64,000 bases of DNA from Calditrichia bacterium (GTDB lineage: Bacteria; Calditrichota; Calditrichia; RBG-13-44-9; J075), in the NCBI GenBank assembly GCA_028284905.1, contig JANQQU010000065.1, positions 68,128 to 132,127 on the forward strand. Reading direction: 5' to 3'. Position 1 is the first letter of the stretch; the number at the start of each line of letters is the position of its first letter. A program made the position numbers and the translations under genes. The notes below the pieces were generated by a model. It was not told the origin of the DNA. It was given only the letters and a program-made list of their open reading frames with translations, and made no database searches. Positions 17,589-27,300 of this stretch are shown here, in pieces.

Positions 17589-18433
17589 TCGTTCTCTCCT
17601 TTTAACTGATAAACCGCTTCATCATAAATAATTCTTAAATTTATCATTGTCCCGGGAAAATAGCGCCTTAAAGCGACCGGGGGCAAATCGACTGCGCCTT
17701 TTGATTGCAGCATTCCCCGGTGGGAAACTGCCTGCAGCCAACCGCCGTTCAATGTAAGAAAGTTCCGGAGGTAATACAAGCCAAGCCCACGGGTTTCCTG
17801 TAATGGTTGCGTGGTTGTTCCTTTTTGCAGCGCCCATCTTAAACATTGGTGATCACTGTATTTATCCGCACCTCGAATTTGCTCTCGGACTCGCCCGGGA
17901 ATACCAATTCCATAATCGTAGAACGCGATTTCGAAATAGCCGCATTCCGGGTAAAACTGCCCGCAACAGCTAATGCCAAAGGGAGCGTCACTGTGGTGGA
18001 TTGTATTGCAGATAATTTCCCAAAGATTTTTAACAATCTGCCGGCGAAAAGCCGGGCCGAATCGCGGCGCAAAAGATTTGGAGAAAACCTCCGCTTGCAG
18101 CCATTGGGGAACTGCTTCCGCCAATTGGTTTAAATCGCCGTTAAATCTTTTCAGGGAAATAATATGATCCTGGGGAAAATATCCGCTCTTCCCGGCAGTG
18201 TTATTAAGATGGAAAAAGTTCATCTGGGCGAGATATTGATTCACTGCTGTCGAGCTGCTGTGTATAGACAATTTCTTTACAGAATTGAGTAGTAACTGAT
18301 CGAGAAAAACAATGCAATAGGGGCGCAGGAACTCACTTTCTATTCGAACATCAGCAGAATCGCTTTCCAAAATTTCTCTACCCATCTTGAGTAATCCATT
18401 GTAAGAAGCTGGGCGAATACTGAAAAAGCGCAT
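17585..18433 (-). CDS. GHKL-superfamily ATPase (HATPase_c-like; RsbW/SpoIIAB-like kinase fold with a ~130-aa N-terminal extension)
   Basis: N-box EIICNTIHH, G1 box YDYGIGIP, G2 box TRGLGLYYL in the C-terminal half. Confidence 0.65.
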   Translation of the reverse strand: MRFFSIRPASYNGLLKMGREILESDSADVRIESEFLRPYCIVFLDQLLLNSVKKLSIHSSSTAVNQYLAQMNFFHLNNTAGKSGYFPQDHIISLKRFNGDLNQLAEAVPQWLQAEVFSKSFAPRFGPAFRRQIVKNLWEIICNTIHHSDAPFGISCCGQFYPECGYFEIAFYDYGIGIPGRVREQIRGADKYSDHQCLRWALQKGTTTQPLQETRGLGLYYLRNFLTLNGGWLQAVSHRGMLQSKGAVDLPPVALRRYFPGTMINLRIIYDEAVYQLKGEND

Positions 18434-18698
18434 TGGCGATTTTTTCCTTGTTCATAAATTTATTTGGTTGGAAGGTGAATGTAAATATGATTATATTTTT
18501 AGGCAAGATAAGTAGCAGTAAAGGTGAAATTTATGTCGATTTTTCATAGATTGTTGTAAATGCTGCTTTTATAAAGAAAAGATGTAGATATTGTATAAAA
18601 TTTCAAGTATCTGCGAAAGATTTGCCGCATCTAAAAGTCTTGTAGAATCAATAGATGAAGATACTTGTTAATTACCAAACCCCATTGCGGAGGATGAA

Positions 18699-19217
18699 AT
18701 GTTAAAAAAATCCATCAATGAAGCTTTAAATGAACAAATTGCTATGGAAGCCTATGCCTCGAACTATTACCTGGCCATGGCCTCCTGGTGTGAACGAAAA
18801 GGGCTGGAAGGCAGTGCTCAATTCTTTTATGGACAGGCAGATGAAGAACGTGAACACATGATGAAGATTTTTCGCTATGTGAATGAGGCTGATGGCCATG
18901 CCCATGCGCCGGCGATTAACCAACCGGATTTGGAATTTGAATCATTCAATTCCCTCTTTGAAATCGCTTTGAATCATGAAAAGAAAGTGACCAAGTCTAT
19001 CGATCGTATCTTGAAACTGGCCACCGAAGCGAATGATTTCCGCACTCAGAACCTTCTCCAGTGGTTTGTTGATGAGCAATTGGAAGAAGAAAATCAGATG
19101 CAGACGATTTTGGATAAATTGAATCTGATCGGCGATAGCGGTGTTGGTCTCTATATGCTGGATGCCGAATTATCCAAAAAGGCAGAGGAGAAAGAAGCTG
19201 AAGAAGAAGGGGAGTAA
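18699..19217 (+). CDS. Ferritin (non-haem, Ftn-type)
   Basis: LNEQIAMEAYASNYYLAMASWCERKGLEGSAQFFYGQADEEREHMMKIF carries the ferroxidase-centre Glu/His residues of the ferritin-like four-helix bundle. Confidence 0.9.
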   Translation: MLKKSINEALNEQIAMEAYASNYYLAMASWCERKGLEGSAQFFYGQADEEREHMMKIFRYVNEADGHAHAPAINQPDLEFESFNSLFEIALNHEKKVTKSIDRILKLATEANDFRTQNLLQWFVDEQLEEENQMQTILDKLNLIGDSGVGLYMLDAELSKKAEEKEAEEEGE

Positions 19218-19244
19218 ATTCCTGATTCTGACTAGGATTTATAA

Positions 19245-19282
19245 TTTTTTAACGCCGGATAAAACTATCCGGCGTTTTTTTC
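19245..19282 (+). terminator. Rho-independent terminator after the ferritin gene
   Basis: aacgccggataaaactatccggcgtt hairpin followed by T7. Confidence 0.7.
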
Positions 19283-19331
19283 AGCAATTAACGTAAAATG
19301 ACAAACCGCAGTAATCAGAGCTGAGGGAAAA

Positions 19332-20525
19332 TTGCAAATTCGCTTAAAAGGGCTTGTAAAGTTCAGTAATTATGTGAAGCAGCAGTTGCGGCAGGGGATT
19401 CCCGCGGACCTGCATCCGGCTTTTAGGGAAGAGGTGAACCGGGTGATATCGCAGGTCGAAGAAATTTGCCAGTCGCATCAAACGACGCCGGATAGCCTTT
19501 TCGGTGCCTCCCGCAATGCCTACTATTACCTGAAACATTTAGATTTAAGCCAGTTGCCCGAGGCGATTACCCATGATGCTTCCCCATTACAGCCAAAGCG
19601 GATTCGCTTGCGAAATATTCGGAAAATGACCGATTATTTCGCGGATAAATTGTGGGAAAATTGCAGTATGTTGCTGGATTCACCGAATGCTTTTCAAGCG
19701 ATAGAAGCAGAGATTGCTGAAGAAGCCGCTCGTATAGAAAAACTGTGTAAAAAGAATGATGCTTCCCCGGCAGCGTTGAACGATACTGCCCGTTACCTTT
19801 ATTGCTGGCTGAAGTTTTTAGCCAGTAATGGCAATTTGGCGGGGCATCTTTCCGCCCTGGCAATGGCCCGGCAAATATTGGAAGATCATGATGCATTTGG
19901 GTTGCCGGTGCCGGTGGTGATACATATGATTAATCTCCAGTCCATTTATCGCAGCCGCCTTTACAACGATCGTTTTTTGATTAAGTGCAGTGAAGGATAC
20001 ATGAATGCTGATGCGGAGAACTGGCTGGATATGTTCCGAAACATCCTCGATCGAAACAGCGGTATCGATAAAAAAACGGTACGGACGTTTGCAATGACGG
20101 AGGATTTCAGCGCGATTGTATTTGAGCTGGAAAGTTTTGCAGAAGCAGACGCCGGGCGGGCGCGAGGTGCTGTTTACGATTTGAATGAAAGCTTCTCACG
20201 GGTGAATCAACAATATTTTGCCGGAGAAATGGCTCGCCCGCATTTACGTTGGAGCGGCGTTATCACCCTGCGCAAAATGGGACACTACCAGGCAACGCGG
20301 GACACGGTAATGATTGCCAGCACGCTGGACCATGCCGAAGTGCCGGAATGGGTGATTGATTTTGTGATGTATCATGAGCTATTGCATAAAAAGCATGGGG
20401 CCAAATTAGTCAACGGGCGACGATTTGTCCACACATCTGCCTTCCGCCGCGATGAACAATTATTTGAAAAGTTTAACGAAGCGAATGAATTTATTAGTCA
20501 TTGGGTCACTCGTATTCGAAGATAA
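19332..20525 (+). CDS. Protein with a C-terminal YgjP/DUF45-like HExxH metal-dependent hydrolase domain and a ~250-aa N-terminal region of unknown function
   Basis: C-terminus RPHLRWSGVITLRKMGHYQATRDTVMIASTLDHAEVPEWVIDFVMYHELLHKKHGAKLVNGRRFVHTSAFRRDEQLF matches the DUF45/YgjP pattern including HELxH. Confidence 0.55.
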   Translation: MQIRLKGLVKFSNYVKQQLRQGIPADLHPAFREEVNRVISQVEEICQSHQTTPDSLFGASRNAYYYLKHLDLSQLPEAITHDASPLQPKRIRLRNIRKMTDYFADKLWENCSMLLDSPNAFQAIEAEIAEEAARIEKLCKKNDASPAALNDTARYLYCWLKFLASNGNLAGHLSALAMARQILEDHDAFGLPVPVVIHMINLQSIYRSRLYNDRFLIKCSEGYMNADAENWLDMFRNILDRNSGIDKKTVRTFAMTEDFSAIVFELESFAEADAGRARGAVYDLNESFSRVNQQYFAGEMARPHLRWSGVITLRKMGHYQATRDTVMIASTLDHAEVPEWVIDFVMYHELLHKKHGAKLVNGRRFVHTSAFRRDEQLFEKFNEANEFISHWVTRIRR

Positions 20526-20703
20526 TCTTTACAAACGCCTGCATAAACCACTTTCCGGAAAATTACCTTTGTTATAAATCCTCGTTTTGATATGTTCTTC
20601 ATTCGATAACTCCAGCAATCAATAAAGAAGAATAACATCTTAAAGACACTCCTGCAATTTTTACCGCAGTAATCAAACCGATAGAAATGACACAGCGACG
20701 AAT

Positions 20704-21756
20704 ATGAAAACTGAATTTGGAAAACTGCCGGATGGCAGAACAGCCGACCTGTACACTGTAAGAAATGCTGCCGGCGCGGAAATGAAAGTTACTAATTATG
20801 GCGGGATTATCACTGCTTTGAAAATGCCAGACAGAACCGGGCGGATGGCGGATATCGTCCTTGGTTATGATACCCTGGAAAGATATCTGAAAGATACGCC
20901 ATACTTTGGGGCAATTATCGGACGGTACGGTAATCGCATCGCCAACGGCAGGTTTGATCTAAATGGAAAAACATATACACTGGCCAAGAACAATGGAGTG
21001 AATAATCTCCATGGTGGTGAGGTCGGATTTGATAAAGTGTTATGGGGCGCAGCGCCTTTTCAGGATGAAACCGGCACCGGTATTGTTTTCAGCTATCTGA
21101 GCAAAGATGGGGAGGAAGGGTTTCCCGGCAACCTGAATTGTAGGGTTGTCTATACGCTTGGGGAGGACAATAGTGTTCGTTTTGACTATGAAGCAACAAC
21201 CGATCAGCCGACGGTTTGTAATTTGACGCAACACAGTTATTTCAATCTGGCCGGGCATGATAATGGGGACATTCTTCAACATCAAATACAAATTAACGCC
21301 GAAAAATTTACCCCGGTTAATGAAAACCAGATTCCTACCGGGGAGATCCGTTCTGTTGAAGGAACGCCTTTTGATTTCCGTAAAATGACGACTATCGGAG
21401 CGCGGATTGATGCTGATAACCAGCAACTGAAATACGGCTCGGGATACGATCATAACTGGGTGTTTGAGGGAGGGGCAAAAGAAGACCTGAAGCTGGCAGC
21501 TGTTGCCTACGACCCCTCCTCTGGGCGTTTAATGGAAACCTGGACAACGGAGCCGGGGATGCAATTTTACTGCGGCAATTTTCTGGATGGCTCCCTGGTT
21601 GGAAAGGGAGGCGTAAAATACCAGCGCCGTAGTGGTTTTTGCCTGGAAACCCAGCACTTTCCCGATTCACCGAATCAACCGGGTTTCCCTTCGCCTTTCC
21701 TTCAGCCTGGCGAGGTTTACAAATCGACGACTTTATACAAATTCAGGGTGAAGTAA
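20704..21756 (+). CDS. galM: Aldose 1-epimerase (galactose mutarotase)
   Basis: GYDTLERYLKDTPYFGAIIGRYGNRIANGRF...NNLHGG...GFPGNL...HSYFNL is the typical GalM motif series. Confidence 0.85.
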   Translation: MKTEFGKLPDGRTADLYTVRNAAGAEMKVTNYGGIITALKMPDRTGRMADIVLGYDTLERYLKDTPYFGAIIGRYGNRIANGRFDLNGKTYTLAKNNGVNNLHGGEVGFDKVLWGAAPFQDETGTGIVFSYLSKDGEEGFPGNLNCRVVYTLGEDNSVRFDYEATTDQPTVCNLTQHSYFNLAGHDNGDILQHQIQINAEKFTPVNENQIPTGEIRSVEGTPFDFRKMTTIGARIDADNQQLKYGSGYDHNWVFEGGAKEDLKLAAVAYDPSSGRLMETWTTEPGMQFYCGNFLDGSLVGKGGVKYQRRSGFCLETQHFPDSPNQPGFPSPFLQPGEVYKSTTLYKFRVK

Positions 21757-21841
21757 ATCTTTCCTGCAAATTAAATTTTGCTTTACTGCGGAAAGAAATA
21801 TCAATATCTTTGGCGTCTTGCATTTTTGCACAAGCAAGATC

Positions 21842-21930
21842 GGAGAGGTGCCGGAGCGGTTGAACGGGGCGGTCTCGAAAATCGTTGTCCTCTGTATGGG
21901 GGACCGTGGGTTCGAATCCCACCCTCTCCG
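21842..21930 (+). tRNA. tRNA-Ser (anticodon CGA), CCA not encoded
   Basis: GGAGAGG acceptor 5' strand pairing CCTCTCC; D-arm GCCGGAGCGGTTGAACGGGGC; anticodon loop ctCGAaa; long variable arm; T-arm GTGGGTTCGAATCCCAC; discriminator G. Confidence 0.85.
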
Positions 21931-21938
21931 CGAGAAAA

Positions 21939-22175
21939 CCCGCCTTTAGCGGGTTTTTTTATGTACCTAGTGCAAAAAGAAAAGGGAGCTGTGGGTTCTT
22001 CTATAGGAATCCCTTCGGGGGAATCCCACCCTCTCCGCCATTTAGCCCGCCTTTAGCGGGTTTTTTTATGTACCTAGTGCAAAAAGAGAAGGGAGCTGTG
22101 GGTTCTTCCATAGGAATCCCTTCGGGGGAATCCCACCCTCTCCACCATTAAGCCCGCTAAAGGCGGGCTTTGTTA
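21939..22175 (+). repeat. Two tandem ~107-bp direct repeats derived from the tRNA-Ser 3' end, plus a third degenerate hairpin
   Basis: Each unit contains a terminator-like hairpin with a T7 tract (cccgcctttagcggg-tttttttatgtacctagtgcaaaaag), then a copy of ...gtgggttc...gaatcccaccctctccgc/acc, the tRNA T-arm/acceptor 3' half. Units at ~21939-22038 and ~22046-22146. Confidence 0.8.
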
Positions 22176-22343
22176 TTTACCTTAATACTGATCAACGTTA
22201 ATAAGAATCTTTCTTACTTCTTTTCCGGAAAGCAATCCCTTGAATGTTATAAGGGCTTACTGTATCTTTGAGTAATAAATTCTAGCAGTTTATTATTTCC
22301 AAGAGTTGATCGTGTTTATCCAACAATCTCATACAAACTCCTT

Positions 22344-22982
22344 TTGCAAATGACTGAAAAAGAAGAAAAAGAACTAATTCGAAATATCGTGAATAATGAA
22401 TCTGCTGCAATAGAAAATTTTTATCAGCATTTTCAAGGCCGGGTGTATCGTATTGTTCTTCATAAACTGGGCAAAAGTGCTGAAAAAATTGAAGATAGCA
22501 AAGACTTAACCAGTGAAATATTATGGCATACTATTCTCAGTATCCGCGAGGAGAAGTATCATTTCGAGAAGGGGCGATTAACTAGTTATATGTATGGAAT
22601 TATCAATAACCATTGTAAAAACTACTTTAAGGGCAAGAAAAAAGACCGGGAAAAATTTGACCGAGCAGATTTTAATTCAACCGAGGCTAAAATGGAAAAG
22701 GCCTTGGAAATAAAAGCTAGTCTAAGCAGATACGGCCAGGAACGGCAAAAGGAAATGGATGTTGAAATCCAGAATATACTGACTGCAGCAATCGAAAGCT
22801 TGGATGAAAAATATAGGAAGTTGATTTATCAAAAATATTATAAATCATTTTCCTATGACGAAATAAGTGAAATGGAAAACTTACCGCTATCAAAAGTAAA
22901 AAGTCGTTTATACGAAGCCCGAAAAATATTAGAAAAATCTATTTCAAAAACATTACGAACTTTTTCCAACTTTTTGCTTTAA
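22344..22982 (+). CDS. ECF-type RNA polymerase sigma-70 family factor
   Basis: Region 2 (FYQHFQGRVYRIVLHKLG...DLTSEILWHTI) and region 4 HTH (SFSYDEISEMENLPLSKVKSRLYEARKIL). AT-rich codon usage. Confidence 0.8.
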   Translation: MQMTEKEEKELIRNIVNNESAAIENFYQHFQGRVYRIVLHKLGKSAEKIEDSKDLTSEILWHTILSIREEKYHFEKGRLTSYMYGIINNHCKNYFKGKKKDREKFDRADFNSTEAKMEKALEIKASLSRYGQERQKEMDVEIQNILTAAIESLDEKYRKLIYQKYYKSFSYDEISEMENLPLSKVKSRLYEARKILEKSISKTLRTFSNFLL

Positions 22983-23014
22983 GCAGACAATTTATAGGTA
23001 GAAGGGAAGAAGAA

Positions 23015-23725
23015 ATGACATTACATCCGGAAAAAGGATTTAATGATCAAAATCATTCGGAAGTGGAGGAGATGATCGAGAGATATCTCGCTGGCACCCT
23101 TTCTGAAGAAGAAACAGAAAGGGTGGAAATCCACATCTTAGATTGTGATGATTGCTATCAAAAAATAATCGTTGAGGAGCAACTGCCAGCAATTGTAGCA
23201 GAAAAAGGCAGCAGCTTGTTTGCAGATTTTATTTCTAATGATAATGCTCAAGAATCAGCTGGTCATTCACCTACCGGGATTCTTCGTGATAATAAAATCA
23301 AGGAAAGAAATCGTTATTGGCTGTATTTCGGTAGTGCTGCTGCTGTGATATTTTTGTTAGTTTTATTCTTGAATCAGTCCACAATTGAAAATATTTCCGG
23401 AGAAAGCTTTCAAGAACTTGCATTTTTTGAGCAACGAATAAAAAATCAGGCACAACTAAGATCTGACGGTGATTTAAGAATTTTATCACCGGTCAATAAC
23501 TATACCATTGAACCTGGTGAAACGATAGTTTTTCGTTGGGAAGCCCCTTTGAATGCAACATTTACACTAAAATTAATGGATAATAGCGGGAGAGAATTAA
23601 ATAGCTATTCACCTGTCCGAAATGAATATTTATTAGAAGAAAATTTATCTCCGGGACTGTATTATTGGAGAGTAGAATTTAATGATGATTTTCGGATTGG
23701 AAAATTTATTGTTCGCTCCGAATAG
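23015..23725 (+). CDS. Anti-sigma factor, zf-HC2 (ChrR-like zinc finger) type, single-pass membrane protein with a ~120-aa extracytoplasmic domain
   Basis: HILDCDDCYQK (H-x3-C-x2-C) after the N-terminal sigma-binding helix. TM segment WLYFGSAAAVIFLLVLFL. Immediately downstream of the ECF sigma. Confidence 0.7.
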   Translation: MTLHPEKGFNDQNHSEVEEMIERYLAGTLSEEETERVEIHILDCDDCYQKIIVEEQLPAIVAEKGSSLFADFISNDNAQESAGHSPTGILRDNKIKERNRYWLYFGSAAAVIFLLVLFLNQSTIENISGESFQELAFFEQRIKNQAQLRSDGDLRILSPVNNYTIEPGETIVFRWEAPLNATFTLKLMDNSGRELNSYSPVRNEYLLEENLSPGLYYWRVEFNDDFRIGKFIVRSE

Positions 23726-23726
23726 C

Positions 23727-26700
23727 CTATTTCCCTAACAAGACAAAGCTGCTCCAGGAGACCGGAAATGCCGTTTCGGGATCGGCAATCAAACGCAATT
23801 TTGCTTGCCGCAGGGCTACTGAATAACTTTCTCCCACCAAAATTTGACGATAGAATTCAATCATTAACCGGCTGGTCGTTTCGTCTGCAACTTTCCAAAG
23901 CGAATGTACAATATTCTTCGCTCCTGCGTATAAAAAACCGCGCGTTAGTGCCATCACCCCTTCTCCTTTAATGTATTCTCCCACGCCACTTTCACAACTG
24001 CTCAGTACTAGTAAATCCGCGTTCAGCGAGAGGTTATACGTTTCCGCAACGTATAAAATGCCATCTTCCGATTCACTGGCATCCGACGGTTGGGCAAAAA
24101 TTAATCCGGATAATGCCGGTTTTTTTTTATTCAGGATACCATGCGTAGCAATATGCAAAATATTATAAACGGGCGCGGAAGATTTAAAAGCATCCTCACT
24201 TGCTGCTTCATGAAAAAATTGTTGATGAGATAAATGGTTCGCTTCAAACATCTCTGCGATTTTCCGTATTTCAACCTCGGAAAAAGTGAGTTCATTGTAA
24301 TGCTTTCCATCAACAGTCACTGACCGGTAATTAAATAGGGTCGTGATGAAATCCGCAATGGAGGATTGATATTGCGAAATTAGAGAAGTATTTGCGTCTT
24401 TAAATACCGGTGCGAAACCAAGAAAAGCACCGTTCGAATTGTCTATTTTTGAGCTAGTATTTTTCAAAAATAATGCAGTAGAGTAATGATAAGAAATTTC
24501 ATAATCCTTAATTAAGTAATTTAAAGATCGGAAATCGACAGCACTTAAGGATTGTTCAAGGTCCGTATGTGCACTTTGAATTAGTGCTTCAAAAGGAATA
24601 TAGTATAAGGTGCCATCAGGGATGATCACCAGATGCTGGTGCGCTTTAATGAGTGTTTCCACTGGAGAAAAAATTAGTTGATACAGAGCCGTTGCATCTG
24701 CTAAATAAGTCGCTGGGTCTATAAATTTTAACGATTTGGTGAACCGTGATGAGAGTGCCGAGAATGTGCTGTCTATAGGGATGGTTTTTATCTCAAATTT
24801 ATTATGGCTTATTGCCGCGAAATATAAACTTTTCTTGCCCATTAAGAAATTTAAAATGATCGATTTGGGAGGCAGCTGTTGTTGAATTTCTTCGATACTT
24901 ATCTGTTCAGATTGATATTTTAAATCGTAATACTGCGGATAATTGTCTTCAAGTTTTTTAACCAAATCCCCATGTACACTTTTTAATTCAAATATTTGCC
25001 TCTCTAATTCATTAATCCGAGTTGAATTCTGCCTTTTCGGCGTTTTAGCAATCTGCCTTTGGAGTCGGGTTTCAAATGTTGTTAAATCGGCCTTAATTTT
25101 TCTTTCAGCTGCCAATAAACTGTCCGGAATACCGGCAAATTCTTTTGCGTGAGAATCTTGTAAAGTCAATTGAAGAACAGCAAATTTGCTATTCTCAATA
25201 AATTCATATGCGCGTTCGGTATAATAAATTTCCTCAGTGTATTCATGAAGTTTGAGTGCAACACGAATGCCAGTTTCGTAGATTTCGGTAGCAAAATCAC
25301 CCAGGTATAACCTGGCCTCTTCAGAATCAAAACTATGGCGCATGCGATTCAATACCTGCATGGTGAGATCTATCGTTGATAGCGATGCTTTCAACACCCT
25401 TTCCTTATCCGAGGCTGTTTTCTGATCAGCCAATTTTTCCAATGCAGCTGCTTTTGCCAGCAGAACATTTATAGATTTACGATGACTGCTTACGGATGAT
25501 AATTGTGGGTTTTCGTAAAATGATAAATCCTCAAAATCTTTAGTGAAACAGAAAAGGGCCTGCTGATAATATTGCAGTGCATGATGAAAATTGTTTTTTT
25601 GAGTGTATACCTGACCAATATGAAGATAAGTAGTTGTGATGCTCGGATGAGATTCCCCGAAAATACCTGTTAGGATATTCACCGTTTTTTCCAAAAAAAA
25701 CAACGCTTTGTCTGGCTCTCCTCTCATTTCATGAACGACGCCAATTGTCCGATAACTGTCTGCAACAAACGGGTGATCTTCGCCAAGGGTTTTGAGGCTG
25801 ATGTCCAAGGCTTTCTGATAGTAGCCAAGCGCGGTATCTATTTGTTCCATTCGTTCATAGAGAACCCCGATGTTGTAATATGCATCCGCAACTTCAGGAT
25901 GTATCTCACCAAAGTTGCTTTTTCGAATCTCTAGTGCCCGTAATTGAAACTCTATAGCTTGGTCAAAATTACCAAGATTTTTATGAAAGATACCGGCATT
26001 TTCGTAGCCGGTTGCCAGATTGGGGTGATGCTCCGGTAAAATTTGCTGGAGTATTAATAAAGATTGAGAATTATAATCCAATGCCTGATAGTAGTCGCCC
26101 ATTCCCCAATATGCAATACTGATGTTACTCAAAATTGCCGCGACAGTTTTCTCTTTCTCAACACCGGACTGCCGTTTTGTTTCTAAGGCTTTTTGGTAAT
26201 ACATCAGGGCGGTATCGTATTCACCGGTGCGGTAATAAGTACTCCCCATTGAACTATATGTCTCTGCCAAAAGGTGATTCGTAGCTGCCGTAGGCAAAAA
26301 TCTCATATCAAGAACTTTATTGTAGTAGGCGAGAGCATCGTTATAACGACCCAATTTGTGGAGGGCTTTGCCAATGCTGCGATAAGTTTCTCCGATGATT
26401 ACTTTTTGCGGACTCAGTTGAGCCAGTCCCGTTTCTAATGCTTCTTTATAAATTTCCAAAGCATGATCATACTTGCCCTGACGTAATGCATTATATCCAA
26501 TATTATTCTGGCATTCGATATACTGTTCCCAAATTAACTGTGACTTAGATTGATTGGCAATTTCTTGATAGAGTTCTAATGCCTTCTGGAAATAAGTGGT
26601 CGAACTATCAAATTGTGCATTTTCAGAGAATTTTTTTGCCTTAGCAAAGTATTGATTCGCAAGTGTTGAATCTGTTGTCGATTGGGCGAATAATAAAATA

Positions 26701-26765
26701 TTGAAAAAGCATAATATGATGCTAATTAGATATACGTAATCGTTTAGTAATTTCATCTTTCGCAT
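23727..26765 (-). CDS. Secreted TPR-repeat / CHAT-domain (caspase-like) protease
   Basis: Signal peptide. At least 10 TPR units (e.g. AETYSSMGSTYYRTGEYDTALMYYQKALE). C-terminal CHAT domain with the His/Cys dyad (ILHIATHG ... LVLSSCESG). Confidence 0.8.
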   Translation of the reverse strand: MRKMKLLNDYVYLISIILCFFNILLFAQSTTDSTLANQYFAKAKKFSENAQFDSSTTYFQKALELYQEIANQSKSQLIWEQYIECQNNIGYNALRQGKYDHALEIYKEALETGLAQLSPQKVIIGETYRSIGKALHKLGRYNDALAYYNKVLDMRFLPTAATNHLLAETYSSMGSTYYRTGEYDTALMYYQKALETKRQSGVEKEKTVAAILSNISIAYWGMGDYYQALDYNSQSLLILQQILPEHHPNLATGYENAGIFHKNLGNFDQAIEFQLRALEIRKSNFGEIHPEVADAYYNIGVLYERMEQIDTALGYYQKALDISLKTLGEDHPFVADSYRTIGVVHEMRGEPDKALFFLEKTVNILTGIFGESHPSITTTYLHIGQVYTQKNNFHHALQYYQQALFCFTKDFEDLSFYENPQLSSVSSHRKSINVLLAKAAALEKLADQKTASDKERVLKASLSTIDLTMQVLNRMRHSFDSEEARLYLGDFATEIYETGIRVALKLHEYTEEIYYTERAYEFIENSKFAVLQLTLQDSHAKEFAGIPDSLLAAERKIKADLTTFETRLQRQIAKTPKRQNSTRINELERQIFELKSVHGDLVKKLEDNYPQYYDLKYQSEQISIEEIQQQLPPKSIILNFLMGKKSLYFAAISHNKFEIKTIPIDSTFSALSSRFTKSLKFIDPATYLADATALYQLIFSPVETLIKAHQHLVIIPDGTLYYIPFEALIQSAHTDLEQSLSAVDFRSLNYLIKDYEISYHYSTALFLKNTSSKIDNSNGAFLGFAPVFKDANTSLISQYQSSIADFITTLFNYRSVTVDGKHYNELTFSEVEIRKIAEMFEANHLSHQQFFHEAASEDAFKSSAPVYNILHIATHGILNKKKPALSGLIFAQPSDASESEDGILYVAETYNLSLNADLLVLSSCESGVGEYIKGEGVMALTRGFLYAGAKNIVHSLWKVADETTSRLMIEFYRQILVGESYSVALRQAKLRLIADPETAFPVSWSSFVLLGK

Positions 26766-27249
26766 CTATATCCTCTGCCTTTGTTGAAAATATTAGAAGA
26801 GAGTTGCATCAATCTCCGGTATTGAAGTCGACGATCAATTTACAATTGAATTTCATCCAAATCCAACCTCGAAGAAGCTAGAACGTTATTTTTTATTGTG
26901 ATGTATTTATTTTTAAGTGCCTCAGCTAATTGCAATACAAATAATTTCTTAAGTCGCTAAAATAGCAAAAACTTCCCCGCTATATTTTTATTTTTTTTAA
27001 TAATTTTGAATCAATTTCCAACTTTTTATCAAAACCCTTCAACTACTAATAGACTGTAAGCTTTCGACTATTTGTGAATTATTCCTTGCCAACGAATGGA
27101 AGAGACTGTCGAATCTTGAAATCTTCAATCTGCTATGCCCCTTGTTGAGGAGGGGTTTTTAAGGCCTTACATAAGCTTATACGGCTAACAGTAGTTGATT
27201 AGAGGTTTCTCCCAGGGGTTACCCCTCGGCTGTGCAATACAAGCGTGGC

Positions 27250-27300
27250 CGTTATTTATCCACATCAACATCATTTGTGATGTTGATGTGGGGATTTTTT
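27250..27300 (+). terminator. Strong hairpin plus T-tract inside a 660-bp ORF-free intergenic region
   Basis: ccacatcaacatca-tttg-tgatgttgatgtgg followed by ggattttttt. A second weaker hairpin plus T5 lies at ~27141-27168. Confidence 0.5.

Noticed and set aside
21778-22151. Two overlapping plus-strand ORFs (92 and 88 aa) after the tRNA
   Set aside because: They run through the tRNA 3' end and the tandem tRNA-derived repeats. Repetitive low-complexity translation such as PPSPRENPPLAGFFMYLVQKEKG appears twice, so they are artefacts of the repeat.
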